This document shows, piece by piece, positions 1 to 20,499 of a stretch of 64,000 nt of DNA; the stretch's first letter is position 1; each line of letters begins with the position of its first letter. The DNA is from Chrysomallon squamiferum (taxonomy: Eukaryota; Animalia; Mollusca). The translations under genes and the position numbers were made by a program. The DNA is taken from positions 9,920,001-9,984,000 of the forward strand of contig CM022678.1 of the NCBI GenBank assembly GCA_012295275.1, given 5' to 3'. Below the pieces are notes generated by a model. That model was given only the letters and a program-made list of their open reading frames with translations. It searched no databases and had not been told where the DNA came from.

Positions 1-280
1 TGTTTGCGTATGTGTGTATGTGTGTGTGTGTAAAAAAAGTAAAATAAAATAAAATCAGTTTAGTAAACCGAAGCCAAAATAAATAAATGAGCGACATTAT
101 TACACTGCAGTACACTGTATAACTGTGCTGTCAACTTGAACTTACAGTGACCTTCAAATGAATACCCAAGACGTCGATGACATATTTTATTCTATTTATT
201 ATTATTTTTTAGTCTTTTTTTTTTTAATCTAATTTGTTTGCTTTCATTCTATCGCTTTTATATCCTAGTCTGTTTTGTTT

Positions 281-388
<108 letters not shown>

Positions 389-1639
389 AATGCAATTTTT
401 ATAAAAGAATATGGAGTTCTTGGATATTTTCTAACAAAGAGATGACAAGGAGGCTGTGTTACCGTAGAAACCAGTTTTCAGTTCTATGAGACAAACACGC
501 AAATACGTGGTCTAATATACCCGCTTGAAGAGAACTTTGACCATCTCGTGATGGAGATAAAACTCAGGTGAGGTATTTCAGTTACTATCCATGGCCTTAT
601 TTAGTAAACTGATAACTATTTACGTCAAATAACAAAGATTACTAATCAGCAGTGCACATTTATCTTCTGTCTTTAACATGAAATACAACATCCAGGTCAC
701 AGTTTGTTTAAATAACGGGTGGGGTGTGGTATTGGTATAGTTACTTATTACAACCACTGTTACCTGTAATGTAACATTTACTGCAATATTTTTGTAACAT
801 TGTCGCTTAACTTCTGTAACATTTTACAAATAGAACAAACAACAACAGCTACTACTACAACAATTATTACTACTGTTACTACACCTGCTGACAGTATTGT
901 TGCTTCCAGAGCTTTACAACCACTACTAACTATTGTTACTATATTTGATAATATACTTCTAATTCTACTACTGCTACCACACTATCATTACTTCTACTAT
1001 TACCTACTACTTCTAGTATTAGTACTATTATCACTACTACTACCATTCTGGTACTAGTGCTACAATTGTTAATTCTTGTCCTGCTGCTACAGCTTTACTC
1101 CTACAACTGCTGCTACAGCTTTACTCCTACAACTACTACTACTACTACAACTACTATTACTACTACTGCTACTACTACTCCTGCTGCTGTTACTACTACT
1201 ACTATACTAATTTGTCTTTGTTTAAGAATATCATTTGTTTAATCTATTTATATTTAGCTATATGTGTTCAACTCGTGTATAATTAATTTATTACTAAAAC
1301 ACGTGCTAGTGATAACATGACCTACTCATCTGTTCTGTCAAGAGCAATGTTTACTTGGTTATCTTAAATTTATTAGCTAGAGATTAACTCAGCACAAGTC
1401 AACTTGACACACACTGAAGCGTTTTTTCCTTTAGTGTGCTGAGTAATGCTAATCTTACATGTTTTTAACAAATCTCTCTCTCTCTCTCTCTCGCACACAC
1501 ACACGCACACACACACACACACAAATACACTTAGATTAAATAAATAAATAAAACAGAACGCATGATTTCATGAGAAAGCTGTGGAATTTTTTCTTAGCAG
1601 AGTTGTTTCTTTCTTTCTTTCTTTATTAATATTATGATT

Positions 1640-2866
<1,227 letters not shown>

Positions 2867-3112
2867 AATGTTCTTATTTATTTATTTACTTTATTTTATT
2901 ATATTTTATTTACCTTAGTGTATATGTGTGTCTGTCGTGAAATGTTGGCAGATAAATACACTTTATGTCTTTCTGTTACCTAGTTCCTTTTTTGTTAATT
3001 CAAAATAAGCAACATTAACAACATTAAAAAAGTAAATAAATAATGCTAACAATACTAAAAATAACAACAATGAAAGTTGATGATGATGATGATGATGATA
3101 ATAATAATAATA

Positions 3113-3147
<35 letters not shown>

Positions 3148-3158
3148 CATCATCATCA

Positions 3159-3237
<79 letters not shown>

Positions 3238-3339
3238 GTTGTAGTAACATTACCAGCAACAGTGGTAGTATCACTAGTGGAAATATCATTAGTCATAATA
3301 CTACCACTATTACGAATAGTACTACTACTATTACTATGA

Positions 3340-3816
<477 letters not shown>

Positions 3817-3907
3817 TGTTTGTGTGTGCATGTGTGTTTGTTTTACTACGTCATTTGGTATGCCAGTCGTTAACCAATGATTTTCGCTGATTTAAAATAA
3901 TAATACA

Positions 3908-3959
<52 letters not shown>

Positions 3960-4262
3960 TTAATAATAATAATAATAATGCACCAAAAAGGAACTAGTTG
4001 TGATCATGGCCTTCTAAAATGTATTATTCGTGAAACCAAGCAATAGTGAAGGCTGAAACCTTCATACAGATCAAACATGAGTTTACCCTGTCTGTTTATT
4101 CACTGCTTCATAATGCATAGCTTAATATGTGATTATAGAATAAGGTTAATTAGTTTACAGCGTGACCTTATTATTATTATTATTATTAGTAGTAGTAGTA
4201 GTAGTAGTAGTAATAGTAGTAGTAGCAGCAGTAGAACAAAACTTTCTTTGTTAATTTAAAAG

Positions 4263-4299
<37 letters not shown>

Positions 4300-5797
4300 C
4301 AACAACAACAACAACAACAATTATAATAATAGTAATAATTGAATTCAACAGACTGAAGGTAAGATTACATATTAATTCCACTTATTGGTATATACAAATA
4401 AATAAATGTAATGATAAATATATAAACTTGCGAATAAAACACTCATTTTATAAATACACTAAATAAACTGTCTGTTTATTTATTTATTTAGTCTTATTTG
4501 TAAAATAAAAGTGCATTACGAACTTGCTAAATTTAACCTTGTGACGTCACTCTTAATTTGAGAAGGAAGACGACAGACTGTTGTAAAGTCGGCTGTAACA
4601 AATTGTATGAAGAAAAGAAAAAATCACAAAAATAACCCAACAAACTAAATATATGTCAGTATCCATGAATGCTGCAAGTTAATTTAGCACACCACAAGAA
4701 AAGAAATTGGTTCTCCCAATGTGACGAGCTACTTTTCTTGAAAACCATATACCTCGCACGATAAAGTAATCGTGGAATTGACTTCGAAAATGATATTTTA
4801 AAATATCTTAGAACACGAAAAAAAAAAAAAATAATAATAATAATAATAATAATAAATTTGACTTACTTAGTCTTGAGAAATGAAAATTTTAAGAGCTGAA
4901 AAAATGTCTCCGCTTGTTCGTCTGCAAAGTCAATTTACTCTTGCAGTAGTGAAGCCCGGTTTTTACAGACGACACTTACTTAGGGGAAGATACCCATTCA
5001 TGAAAAAGAAGGGGTAGTAGCTTTTAAGTTTTCTATAAAACGTTTGTTTCTTTTGTTAAAAAATAATCGTGATAATTTTAAATTCTTCTGGTAAAGTAAA
5101 CTGCAGGAAAAGTAATAACTAATTTAACATAGTGTGCACTCAATTAATTTATGGAATGCTGTTTACAACCTACGACACATGTAATAATAATGGAGATAGC
5201 AAATGGCTTGTAGTTGGACAGAGAAAGATAATACATTTAACCGCCAAATTGTATCTTGTTTAAACGTGAATAGTGAACTGGCGGTATCAGGTCTTTTCGT
5301 AAGATATATTAATGAACTATAATAATGAAAAACAGCATTCAAGGTGAATATATGATTTTAGTCACATATATATCATAATAATAAACTAAAACTATATATT
5401 CCTTCTCTATATTATATAGCTTTATTTCATTCTGTTTAAAATAAACAAATAAATAAATAAATAAATAAATCATATTAACGATTACATTTATGTTATTTTA
5501 ATATTACATATTGTATTATTTGACTAAACCAAGACAGAGCAATTCTCAAGTGTTTGGTAATGTGAGGTGAATTCAGGTATACACAAACAGTGATATAATG
5601 CAGACATTCATAACAAGAAAGAATGCAAATGCAGGCGTTAAGAGAATTATTCGATATGGTAGAAGCCGCTTCTTAACCGATACTGTACTGAATCCATTTT
5701 TAGATGTTGTTTTAATGTAACATTTGTAGCATTTATAAAGTTATAGTATACTTTTACATGTTTATACAGTAGAATGTAAAACAGTATAAAAGAAATC

Positions 5798-5904
<107 letters not shown>

Positions 5905-5987
5905 GTTCATACACAGAGTAAAAACAGACATAATAACAGGTCTGCTCAAGACCAAACATTTTTGTTGTTTAATCTTGAATAGTGGAC

Positions 5988-6039
<52 letters not shown>

Positions 6040-6803
6040 TAATAAAATGAAATAAATAATAATTTTTAAAAAATAAAGTAAAAGAAGAAAGAAAAAGGAA
6101 AGAAAGTAGGTAAAAGGAAATAATGTAAATTAACATTAAACAGAATCTAAATGTTAATATTCTCTGTCGTGTAGTTAAATTTATTTCACAATCTAACACT
6201 TAATTATTACATACAAAATTGTCATTTATCCATCTCTATTATCTACCGCATTTCGGGATGGTAACATTTATCAGTAGTTTGACCAAATAAGGTTTTGAAT
6301 ATTTTTAATCTTATAATAAAGTGAAGCCCGCTTTACAGGTTTGTTGGACAAAAGAGAAAGACAATACACTTCTACAACCAAAACAGAACGTGTATAAATA
6401 TACAGGCGATTACTGATACTTTTATTTATAACAAATATGAATAATGAATAGCAATGAAAAACAGGTTACAAAGATAACCTATGTTTTTAGTAATCTTTTT
6501 CTTCTATATATCAGACATCTTTGTTATTGTTATCACAAAAACACACACACACACATGAATGAAATAAAATATATCACAAATATATGCAAACTACAAGTAT
6601 AATTGTAACTTGTAAATTTAATAAATGATAAAATACAGTAAAATTTATTGAAATTAAAAATTATTAAAACTAATAAGAACTATAAAAACTTTATTTGTAA
6701 AAACAAAATTCCTAAATCAGCCTTATTTTACCTATTCATAAATCTTAATGTCTTAAATCTAACTATTAGCCAATTCTCACCCAGATTTGTTATTATTATT
6801 GAA

Positions 6804-6905
<102 letters not shown>

Positions 6906-9900
6906 GATACACATGCATATACGTGTGTGTAATCTCACTGAGTAAAATTATTATTTTAAGACAGTATAATTAAATTGATTTCCCGATATTTGTTATTATG
7001 TGAAATGTGGTGATAATGGGCAGCCAATTCGCTCTCTCTTTATCTACTTCGTCAATAAATTTCTGTTTTTTTGGTCACAAAGGCTTTGTGTTTTGTTTTC
7101 TTTTGTTTTATATATATATATGCATATGTCATATGAAAAGTGAAAACAAGGTGAAATATCCGACGCTTGTTGAGTTAACGTCGTCGAGAGAAAAACAAAA
7201 ATCTTGAAAACGGCCACTTAAGAAGATTAAAGATGAGATTTTGTTTCACTGACGAACAAAGGTATTTTTTCTTCTTCTGCTTCTACCATTTTATTTTTAT
7301 TTTATTTTATTTTTTTATTTATATAGCTTTTCAAGTTGCCATTCACCGCATAACCTAATTTGAAATTTGTTCAAATAAAATTTTATTTGTTTACTGAAGC
7401 AAAACTTACTGTGTTGTTTGTTTGCTGGAGTGAACGATAAAACAAGCTACAAGTGTTTTATAATGACATATTTCTACACGAGAACATACTCCACATAGAA
7501 CAAATAATAAAGATAAATCGACTTATTAAATAAAGAAATAAAGTACCTTCCAATTAAACAAATACAACACAAACGTACAACTGGTCACGTTTCAACATAA
7601 TTGATGTCAGTATTAAACTAATTTCCCGATTTCACATAATATAATATGAATTTAATCAAATGTATTTCCAGATCTAATAGTCGACAGTATGTGCAGATAT
7701 TAATATTTCTGAATGTAATTTATGTACTTATACAAGATGTTTAAGTTACACACCTTCACAAATATACACACACATCCACACACACAACACACAGACACAT
7801 AAACATACACACATATACATACAGAATACAACGCATTCAAACAGATTCACGCACAATACACACAGACATAAAACCACATGTTCAAACCCTACATGTTCAG
7901 TTTAACAGAAGTTTACATTCTGTTTGTTTACCGAGGCGAAACATACTTGACTCTGTTTAGTCACGTTTTGAATTCAAGCTGTCATAAGTGTATGACCAAA
8001 TTAATTCAGATGCACACCAAAAGCATTAATTATACATAAATAAATAAAGTAAAATAATAAAAACAATTAACAGATTTATTGTTATCCGCAGTAGTATACT
8101 TTTGGTGATAATCATAGTAAAAGTATTAGTAGTAGTAGTAGTAATAGAGTAGAGTTAGTGTTAGTATAAGTATTAGTATTAATATTAGTAGTTGTTGCTT
8201 CTGTACAATCTTTTTATCATTTATTTATTTATTTATTTATTTATTTATTATTATTTGAGTAGGTTTTTTTTCGCAAGATAAAATAGAAAAATAGCTTAGC
8301 AGATGATGTTTATTCAGTTCGGGTCAAACCTCTATGTTTGTGATTATTAGCATTCATATTTCCTGAATATTATTACTTTAGAAAAATTAATAATTAGTGG
8401 TGAAATGGTATATAATACACAACAGTAAGCCCACATCTATGATTTAACTCAGGTACGGACCTGATACTTGTAAGAACTTTTTTTTTTCTGTCCTGGCTGA
8501 ACGACAACAATCAGCTGATCACATGACGCAGAACCACCGCGTGACACAGATAAAATGCTACGTCATCAGAAATAAATCTTGTTTAATTTAATACTGAAGT
8601 GCTGGGTATCGAATGTTATACTGACTACAGAGGAATGTGGTTTCCACAGATTACACTGCAAAATGACAGAACCAAAACAAGTGAGAAAAATATCTAACCG
8701 TAACCCGCTGCCCAAAGCTTATCAAAGCAAGGTCATGATTTCAATCTTCAGTAACCTCCATTTCATAAAAGGGCCCACCGGACTGTGCAAAGATTACAAA
8801 GTATTATATTCCTGTAGATATCAATGAAAGAATTGAAATCAAAGAGCAAGAGAAGCCAGCTCAGACTGACACATTTTAAAACTTTCTTTGTTTGTTAAAC
8901 AAAACTCGCCATAGCTTATTATTACTAAAATTTAAAAACTACCTTTAAGAGTTCGTCATCGCGTATTTTCCCGTGAAAGAGGATTTTAATTATTTAATAT
9001 TAATGGCAGAAATGTATCTACTAAAACACAGTAATGTTATTGATAATGCTACAACAACCACTGCAACTACTGTAGTAACAAACAATTCTACTTCACCTAC
9101 TACAACAACTAATACTGACACTACAAGTACTACGCCAGCTACAACTGCTTCTATGACTACTACAACTACAACGACGAACAATTCTGCTGCAAGTACTACA
9201 ATAACTAATACTAAAACTACTACAACAAACTATTTCCACTACAACTATTACAACACGTACTACTGCTACTAGGTCTGCTACAACAACTAACAATTATACT
9301 ACAAAGGTAAATGATATTATTACAACAACTACAACTGCTACTATGACTACTACAACAACTAACAACTCTCAATCAAAGGTAAATGATAGATCTGCGTCCA
9401 TAAAAGCCTAAAAGAAACTGTTACTTTGTTTATTGTTGAAACAGATATGAATGTGCATTGTATGTATATCTATATGTGTGAGTGTATGTATGTATGTGTG
9501 CGTGTATGTGTGTGTGTGTGAGTGTGTACTAATTTGTGTGTGTGGATAGAGAGACAAATAGATATATCTGACTGTTTACTTGTAAGTGTTTCATAATTAC
9601 GTATCAGTTCAGGTATGATGAATATTAACATAAAATATATCGGTTTATAATTGCAATATTAAAACCAAACATTAACCAGTTTGTTTGTTTTTTAACCTGG
9701 TGAAGGATCAGACAATTTATGAATTAAAATTGTATATTAAGTGTTACTTGTATAGATTACTATGTAATAAATAGATATCTCTGGAGTTTTCATTTCCGAT
9801 ACAGATTCCAGACCAGTTATCGATATAGCTCGGGAACCAGTTTCAGAATTTTGTTGTTTTCTTGACCAACGCTTGATAATTATATACTTAAAATATATTG

Positions 9901-10659
9901 GCAGGTTAAGTGATGTACCTTTAAAGATTTCCTGTTTTAAAGGTGTTAACAAAATGATAAAAAATATATTCATAAAGAAAATATTGTATTTTATTTCATT
10001 TATTTTATTTTATTTATATGGAGCATTCAGAACTCACGTTCAATTCTCTAAATTAATTTATTTTAACTAATTTCTTCTAAACGTTTACACAATACTTTCG
10101 CGTCAAATCGCTAATTCCCAAACACTAAAAGAATACAGTCATTCTATTGTCAGTCGCTCAAACTGACAATCGCTATGTATGAATCGCTCAAAATGTAGTC
10201 ACTAAAGATGTCGACACTTATAATAAACTAAACAGTGAAAACCAAAAAGGATGACAGTATTTAACAAACATATTAAAATAATTTTAAAGACATTTTCTAG
10301 AGTTTTATTTTTCTATAGGTGAATAATTGGTATTTTAATTCATGCGGAATTGTTTTTAAAATAACGCTACAAACGCTATAAACGCTATATAAATGTTATT
10401 TATTACTTCATTATCTAAAACCTAACACTTAATATATGTCAAGACTGCGATTAGTGAAGGAAAACTTAGAGAATTTGTAATTAAATTTTTATTTCAGTAA
10501 AACTTAGACATCGGAAAAAAGTTAGAAAAAAAAGAAAGACATTCAGAAAGACAAAAATATTTAAGCGGGTATTCATGATAAAGAAAATAGTAGTTTTAAG
10601 AAATTTTATTTTATCTTATTAATACATATGCATTCTCGATATAAGATATATACATAGCT

Positions 10660-12122
10660 TGATATGATGTAATCACAGCTTTCAGAAAAGTTATTTGATC
10701 TCATTTACTGATAATTCGGTGTGCAGAATCGGACTTTAGGAAAACATAATTCAAAATCATATAAATGGTAAGTGTTTCCAGGTAATTTACAATATGTATC
10801 AAAATATTAAATCTTGTGTCATAACTCATTAACAGACTGGTTCCACTGGTGTGTGGGTATTAGACAAGGCGGGTATTTATCTCCGTTGCTATTCTCGTTG
10901 TATTTGTGACTTGTTCAGTGATTGTTTGATACATCCATCAGTTGTTCTGTTTGTTTTATTCAATGCCGATGAGACTGTAGTCTTTGCAGATAATTACAAG
11001 ACCTGCAAAAATCTCTAAAAAAAAAATTATTCTTACTGCACTAAATGAAAACTAACAGTAAACTATAAAAAACGAAATCTTAATTTTTAATGGCAACCAT
11101 AAAGATTACAAGAAAGTGTTTTGCCTTGTGTTGATACTGTAGAAGGTGAGAAATATCTCGCTATTATTTTTCACAAATGGAATAAATCGCTAAGGCAACT
11201 AATAAGTTATATTCACAAGCTATGTATTCCATTCTTCGACACGGAAGAGTCATATTTCCATTGAAAGTCTTAATTTTTATAATGGCAACCACAGAGATTA
11301 CAAGAAGGTGTTTTATCTTGGAAAATCAAAGATTGATACTGTAGAAAGTTAGAAATATCTCGTATTATTTTTCACAAATCGTGAAACATGTTATATTCAC
11401 AACAACAGAAGACTAAGTATTTCACTCTCACAATATGTCAGAATATTTGCAACCACTAAAATTATTTGAATGCATGGTTTTACCAGATTTTCCATATGGT
11501 AGCGAAATTTTGGGATTAGAAAATATGTCATTACTGGAAAAATTATGTAAACACTTTATGAAATTGTTATGACCTGTAAAGAAATCTACTCCATTGTACT
11601 TATTAAAAGAGAACTTGGAGTCATCCAGTTTATATTACTGTCAAAGTAAGAATGATTTTTTACTTGTATCGAATGATCACGGGAAAGCAGTCTAAGTTAT
11701 CATTACTAGTATAGACAGACTATTACTGAATGATGGAAAAATGTGCATTAGAAAAGAGAGTATGTTCATTATGTCATCGGAGATGAGTTGCATTATATAT
11801 TTACAAGCAGTTTTTGAAGCATCAAAGGAACCGTTTTCGGTCAACCTAAACCATGCAAGCATTTATAAGTGTTCTAAATTATTTAACTCTAAAACAGCTG
11901 GTCACCTTAGAAAACTTTATATTTTCTGTAATCTAGTCATGAAAATTTTCAAATCTTTTGGCTGATATCTAGATATTATTTCATTATTACCTACATTATT
12001 GTAAATCCACGAACTTGCCAAACTTGTTATACTTGTTACAATTATATTAAATTTTGTATAAATGTATCCTCATATGCCGTAGACTACGGTCTGAGTGTAA
12101 ATAAAGTTCAGTTCAGTTCAGT
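10660..12122 (+). mobile_element. Decayed 5'-truncated LINE (non-LTR retrotransposon, RTE-X-like): ORF2 RT to 3' tail
   Basis: Frame-broken motifs appear in canonical order: INGKCFQVIYNMYQNIKSCV (~10760), VGIRQGGYLSPLLFSLYL (~10853, RT QG..LSP motif), FVLFNADETVVFADN (~10950, YADD equivalent), LTVNYKKTK, KYLAIIF, PYGSEILG (~11490), and RVCSLC..IGDELHYIF (~11757, C-terminal CCHC-type). The element ends with aataaa(gttca)3. The clade assignment is from recalled motif style. Confidence 0.85.
11078..11400 (+). repeat. ~190-bp internal tandem duplication inside the LINE remnant
   Basis: tcttaatttttaatggcaacca...gatactgtagaa...aaatatctcg occurs at 11078 and 11268. Confidence 0.85.
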
Positions 12123-12345
12123 GAACAGATTTGTTGTATCGTCAGCGTATTTCAAAGTTACCGCTTTCATATGACATGATTTATCTGGTGTGTTTTTTCT
12201 TCTTCGCCAAGTTAGTGCAAACCCGAAATGTCACCAATCTGGCGCCCGGTAAATTACAGGAGGATCGCACAAATCGCGATTTATAATCTGGCTGGCCGCC
12301 ATTTTTTCTGCGTATTGTAATTATATATAAAATAAATTATTAAAA

Positions 12346-12376
<31 letters not shown>

Positions 12377-12785
12377 AAACTAAAAATAATAATAATAAAT
12401 AATAAAAAAAATTAAAATAATATCTGTGTGTGTGCACGTCCGCGCATGCAGATGGGCAAACGGGCAGTGAAGTATGATTTATCCCAGCGATTTATCCAGA
12501 ACTGGTTTATGTTGTCGTTGCTGCTGTTTTTTTCATTGTAAATTACAGCTACGGTTTATTCGGATGTCGACTGTTAGCTGGTGTCCTATGGTTTCTTTGT
12601 TTTTTTAAACCAACCACTAATCCTCTGTGTGTGTGTGTGCGTGTGCGTGTGTTTGTGCGTGTGTGTGCGAGTTTGGTAGCTCTTTATTCGTGAATATGTT
12701 TCCCTATAGCGTGTTTATCTTTGTTTGTTTGTCATGTTCTCAACTTTCAGGTAAATCAAATAACTTTATTATTAAACACTTGATA

Positions 12786-15265
<2,480 letters not shown>

Positions 15266-15334
15266 TGTGTGTTTGATTAACTACATTCTTTGGTATATCA
15301 GTTGTGTCCCAAACATTGGTTTTAGCTGAGATAA

Positions 15335-15385
<51 letters not shown>

Positions 15386-17278
15386 TAATAAATAAATAAA
15401 TAAATAAATAAATAAATACATGTATTAACAGTGATAAATCATGAAGTGACATCCCTACTTTAAAAACAGACATGTAGATTATGCAGGTTATATTTCAGGA
15501 ACAGACCGCCATTTAGCTATTTTTTCGTAAAACAATGTCGCTATTTATAGCGATGTTTATAACAAAGAAATTTAACTGACACAGATAGCTGTGATTATTA
15601 CACTGTTAAATACTGTTGAAATGTGTTCTACAGTTGTCATAAAAACGGTGTAAATGTGCGTCATCTCAATCATTGTTTGTCCATAAACAGAACCTAAGAA
15701 AATCTGAAGTAAGTGATTTAATAAACTTTTCAAAGCGAATAAAAACACCTTCTGGTTTGATTTGAATCACTAAAAGATGATTACTTTGGTTTCACTATCA
15801 TCAGTTTAGACAGAACATTTCTAAATCAGAGACAGAAACACTAAACGTTTTCGATTATCTCCCCTCCAATGTAGTTCTGTTATATAAACACGCACGTGTT
15901 TCTGCTGTTTCCGCCATTCTAAAAAATTTTCTTTCTTTCTTGTTTTTAACTTCTTTTGGTACGACTAAGAAAATGTGATAGTTTTCAATTCTACATTTTA
16001 TATAATAAAAGAACTGTTTATAAATCTTAGTAAGACTTAAATCTAACTGTAAACCTACCCTTAGCCAATCCCCCCCAGTCTTTTTATTGTTGTTGAATTT
16101 AACTGAGAGATAATTATATTGATAGAAGATAATGTCTTAGATCCTAACAATTATTTCTCTCTCTCCCACATGAATGATTTTCAGTATCTGTACATATATA
16201 TATTATCATTCGATCTGATTTTGTAAAAAAATAGGATTTGCTCCCCTGATTTGATCCTCCATCATGTTAAAGCATCCTTGTATCTATTTATAACACAACA
16301 CACAGAAATGAAACAAATATGAAATATACTGATCATTATATTCTGCAACGGGAAACACCCACATTATATATCCCTGTGCAGTGTTTATAGTATTCACTGA
16401 ATATTTACATAACAAAGAAATTAATAATAGATCCAGTATTACAGTACTCCCTCAATTACTTATGCTATTGTTATTTTCATTACCTTCTACTAGTATTACT
16501 GTTGCTGCTGTTATTTCTAGTTATACTACTACTACTACTAATTCTATTACTAACTGCTGCAACATTATCTGTATCAGTATTTCCACAATCATATCTATTA
16601 CTTCTACTATTATTTCAAAACTATATAAATAAAAATATTCCTCACTCAACTATTTCTTGTCTGATGAAATTGCTAGCTACAAATATGTAATGAAAAACAT
16701 AAACCAAAATAATTTGAAATATTTATTTGAACAAGAAAAAGAAAAGTTGAACATCAAAACTACTTTTTCATATGAAAAAGATAATTTTAGAAAAGCTTCA
16801 ACAAAATTCATAATTAAAAATTTAGAAAAACATGGTCTAAGATGTACCTGAACTTTCAAATTAAAATGTATTTAAAATGTTTCAACAGGTCTTAAAGTGC
16901 TGAGACTGCTATAAAACATAAATGTACCAAGATTTCTGACTGTCCAGTGGAAGTATATTAGTAAAACAAAATAAAAGAATACCAAGACATTTGGATAGAA
17001 AAAAATTTAAGATGTACTAAACAAGTTGACCTATAATGTAATCTGCAAATTAATCATTAAGAAAATATCTTCCAAACAACATATTTTCTTTCATTTTATG
17101 TTTTATTAGCATACTTTTTCATAAATCTTTACCAGTACATTAATAAAAAATAATTATAATAATAAAATTATCTCCCTTGAGCTATACAATTTGTAGTTTT
17201 TTTAAAGCAGTAAATCAAGGATTTCTACATCAGTCATTTTTAAAAATAATTTCTTTTTCACACACTTGACTGTCTGGT

Positions 17279-17478
17279 NNNNNNNNNNNNNNNNNNNNNN
17301 NNNNNNNNNNNNNNNNNNNNNNNNNNNNNNNNNNNNNNNNNNNNNNNNNNNNNNNNNNNNNNNNNNNNNNNNNNNNNNNNNNNNNNNNNNNNNNNNNNNN
17401 NNNNNNNNNNNNNNNNNNNNNNNNNNNNNNNNNNNNNNNNNNNNNNNNNNNNNNNNNNNNNNNNNNNNNNNNNNNNNN
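17279..17478. other. Assembly gap (200 N)
   Basis: Run of N. Confidence 1.
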
Positions 17479-20446
17479 GGATGATAGAAATATGTACAAA
17501 TATACAACTGAGAGATTCTCATGTAGACAGGCAGGTTTATAGAAAGAGATTTTTATTGGACTTTTGAAACCAGATTTAAAAATGTATTTCAAAATGACAG
17601 TAAATTTAGGAATAAATGACACTGCATGGATACTGAAAATTTTTTAATATTTTAATAAATTGAATTGTAAAAAGAAATTACCTTGAAAGATTGAGTATAT
17701 TGAAAATATATTTAGTATTCTTAGCTTTTAGGAATTATTTCACTATTAATATGTCATTGATAATTCCAAACAAACAGCTTTCTGTCCACTGCTCTATCCC
17801 TGTGTTCATTCATAATAATGTTATCTCCAAAATGTCCTTATTGTGTCTCCCTAATATGAATTTACTTGCCTGCCAGTATGTCTGTCTATCTGTCTATCTA
17901 TAAAACACACATATACCAACATAAGCACTCTAATCCACTTACTCATGTACAAACACCCATCCTCTCTCTCTAACACAGGAACTTACTAACACTTTCTTAC
18001 TCATATGCATATGCATATCATATTATTATCTCAGTATTAAGAAAACACATATTCACACACACACACACATACATACATACCATGTCTAACACACTTAGCT
18101 AGATGAATGTGACAGTGTAGGAGGGAGACAGGCAAATACAGATGGTCAAGGAAGGATGAAATTGTCTTTGTCCTCCCAGTATTGGTCAGTTCTATTTGAC
18201 AATATGTTTAGTTTTGAAAAATGTACATTCACTTTAGTGTGAACACTGTCAGTGTATATTAACAGAGAGTCACATTTTGTTGGATTGTTCTTATTTACAA
18301 TCATCTAAACATCAGCTTTTTCAAACTATGGGCTTATCTTGATTCTTTTATCACTTTATTCTATATACATAATGAACTGCTTCTAAGTTAGTTCTCAGTA
18401 GACGTGGATTTCACTCAACATGCAGTGTTGTTTATACACATCAGGATGCACAGAACTCACTGAAAATTTACATGAAGCATTTAATAAAGATCAGTAACTC
18501 ACTGTACATCTTATTGAAACTTAAAATATTTATTTGTCAAAATAGATTATTTTTCTGTTCTTAATACCATTACCTTTTAATTTATTTTATAATGATTTAA
18601 ATCTGTTTTATTAACTATTTGCACTTTTTGAAGAGTAATTAGTGATATTTAGAGGTTGTTAAATGTACAAATAGTGAGAGCGAATGTGAGATACTGATTT
18701 GTGTTCACAGACATCTTATAAAGTACACACAAACACACTCTATGCTGTCACACAGTTAGAACAAAATGTTTTATATTTCAATATATCATCCTGTCATTAA
18801 TCACATTTCTGCCCATCCAACTACACGTGCTTCTATTCATTTATTCTTTCATTCATCCAGCATTTATCTCATCCAGTGAGTTATTCTATTTGGATATTAT
18901 GTGAATGTATCATCCCTCCCTATCTCTAACCAGGCTAACCGTTTTACTTCATCCATTTATATCTCTTATTCATCATCCATCCATCTTTCAATCCCATATT
19001 TCCACATGTATACATGAATCCAGTGATTAAATTAAGCACAAAGAATCTATTTTTTTTTATCACAATCACATGAAGCTGAAACTTTCAGTTTGTCACAAAT
19101 ATTGTCACCTGTGATTGAAACAGACTCCTGCACTTGTCCAGGCTGCTTATTTGTATAAAAAATAAATACATAAATAAATAAATATGAATGCATGTATAAA
19201 TAAATAAATAAAAACAAATAAATAAATAAATAAACAAATAAATAAATAAATAAAATGATAGTGACAGGCCAGGAGTTGGTTCATTTAGCTTGGAAACAGG
19301 ATATTTGAGCTGAACACAAAGAGTGTTTAATAAACAAGTGTTTAGCAGGTTGATAATCAACAACTCCACCCAGTGTTTCATACACACACACATACATACA
19401 CACACACACACATTCATACGCACACACACACACATACATACATATACACACACATACGTACACACATACACATACATACATACATACATACACAATGCAC
19501 AAATACATATATACATATATGTATATACAAAGTATCACACACACACACACACATATAATGGGTAGGCTACAGACATAAACAGTCTCACATAAATACATGT
19601 ACAAATGCACTTGAACAAACACATATACAACATATACCCCACTTTAATACATACAGACACAAAGTACACAAATAATTGCATATTTACTATTACTGTAATA
19701 CACATGCACATACATGTGCTTATATGCAGAAAAATATACAAACACATAAACAGTCAAGTTTTAATCTAGTCACATATTCATATAGACAGATATACTCACC
19801 AACAATAACTTGTATATTATACACATAATATGCAAACACAGACTAACATACACACACAAACACACTGTAGTTGACATATATCATTCACACTGAGAGTATC
19901 ACAGACACTCTATGTATCTCTTCTTTCTGATTAACAAACCATCTCTTTCTATGTCTCTAAATTACTGTCTTTTACACTCAGTTTTTGAATTACTTGCATA
20001 CTATTGCTTTCAACCACAATGTAACTTTGTTATCTTAAGTCTGAAACAAGTTATAACCTTTTATATAAATATAAATATCACACACACACACAGACACAAA
20101 CTCAGTCATAAAAACTCACAAAGACACTGGATGTGTAAAAAGATAGATAAATGAAAGGATAAATGAATAGAGACACATAATAAAATATTACAGTAATGAC
20201 TTTTGTTCTCAGATGATCTCTACAGACTACAAACTAATCAGTGTTTCAGTGTAAACTAACACTGCATGTCTCTCTATACACAGACTTAAACTACTAAGTC
20301 AAAGGTTACCATTCTACTTCTAGTTATCAATATAACATTACCTCAAGCCTTTAATAATCTTAATAAATAAAAGGCTTTTAATCTGGAAACCCTTTCTGTA
20401 TTTTTTCTATTTATACTCACTACTCCTAGTCAAAGACTGTCATTAC

Positions 20447-20499
<53 letters not shown>

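Noticed and set aside
411-567. Exon candidate ending CAG|GTGAGG
   Set aside because: All frames contain stops, the peptide is unrecognisable and no partner exon was found.
5150-5270. Fibrinogen-domain-like GMLFTTYD motif
   Set aside because: It is a single short motif; the following NCA..GGWW is absent and the frame closes.
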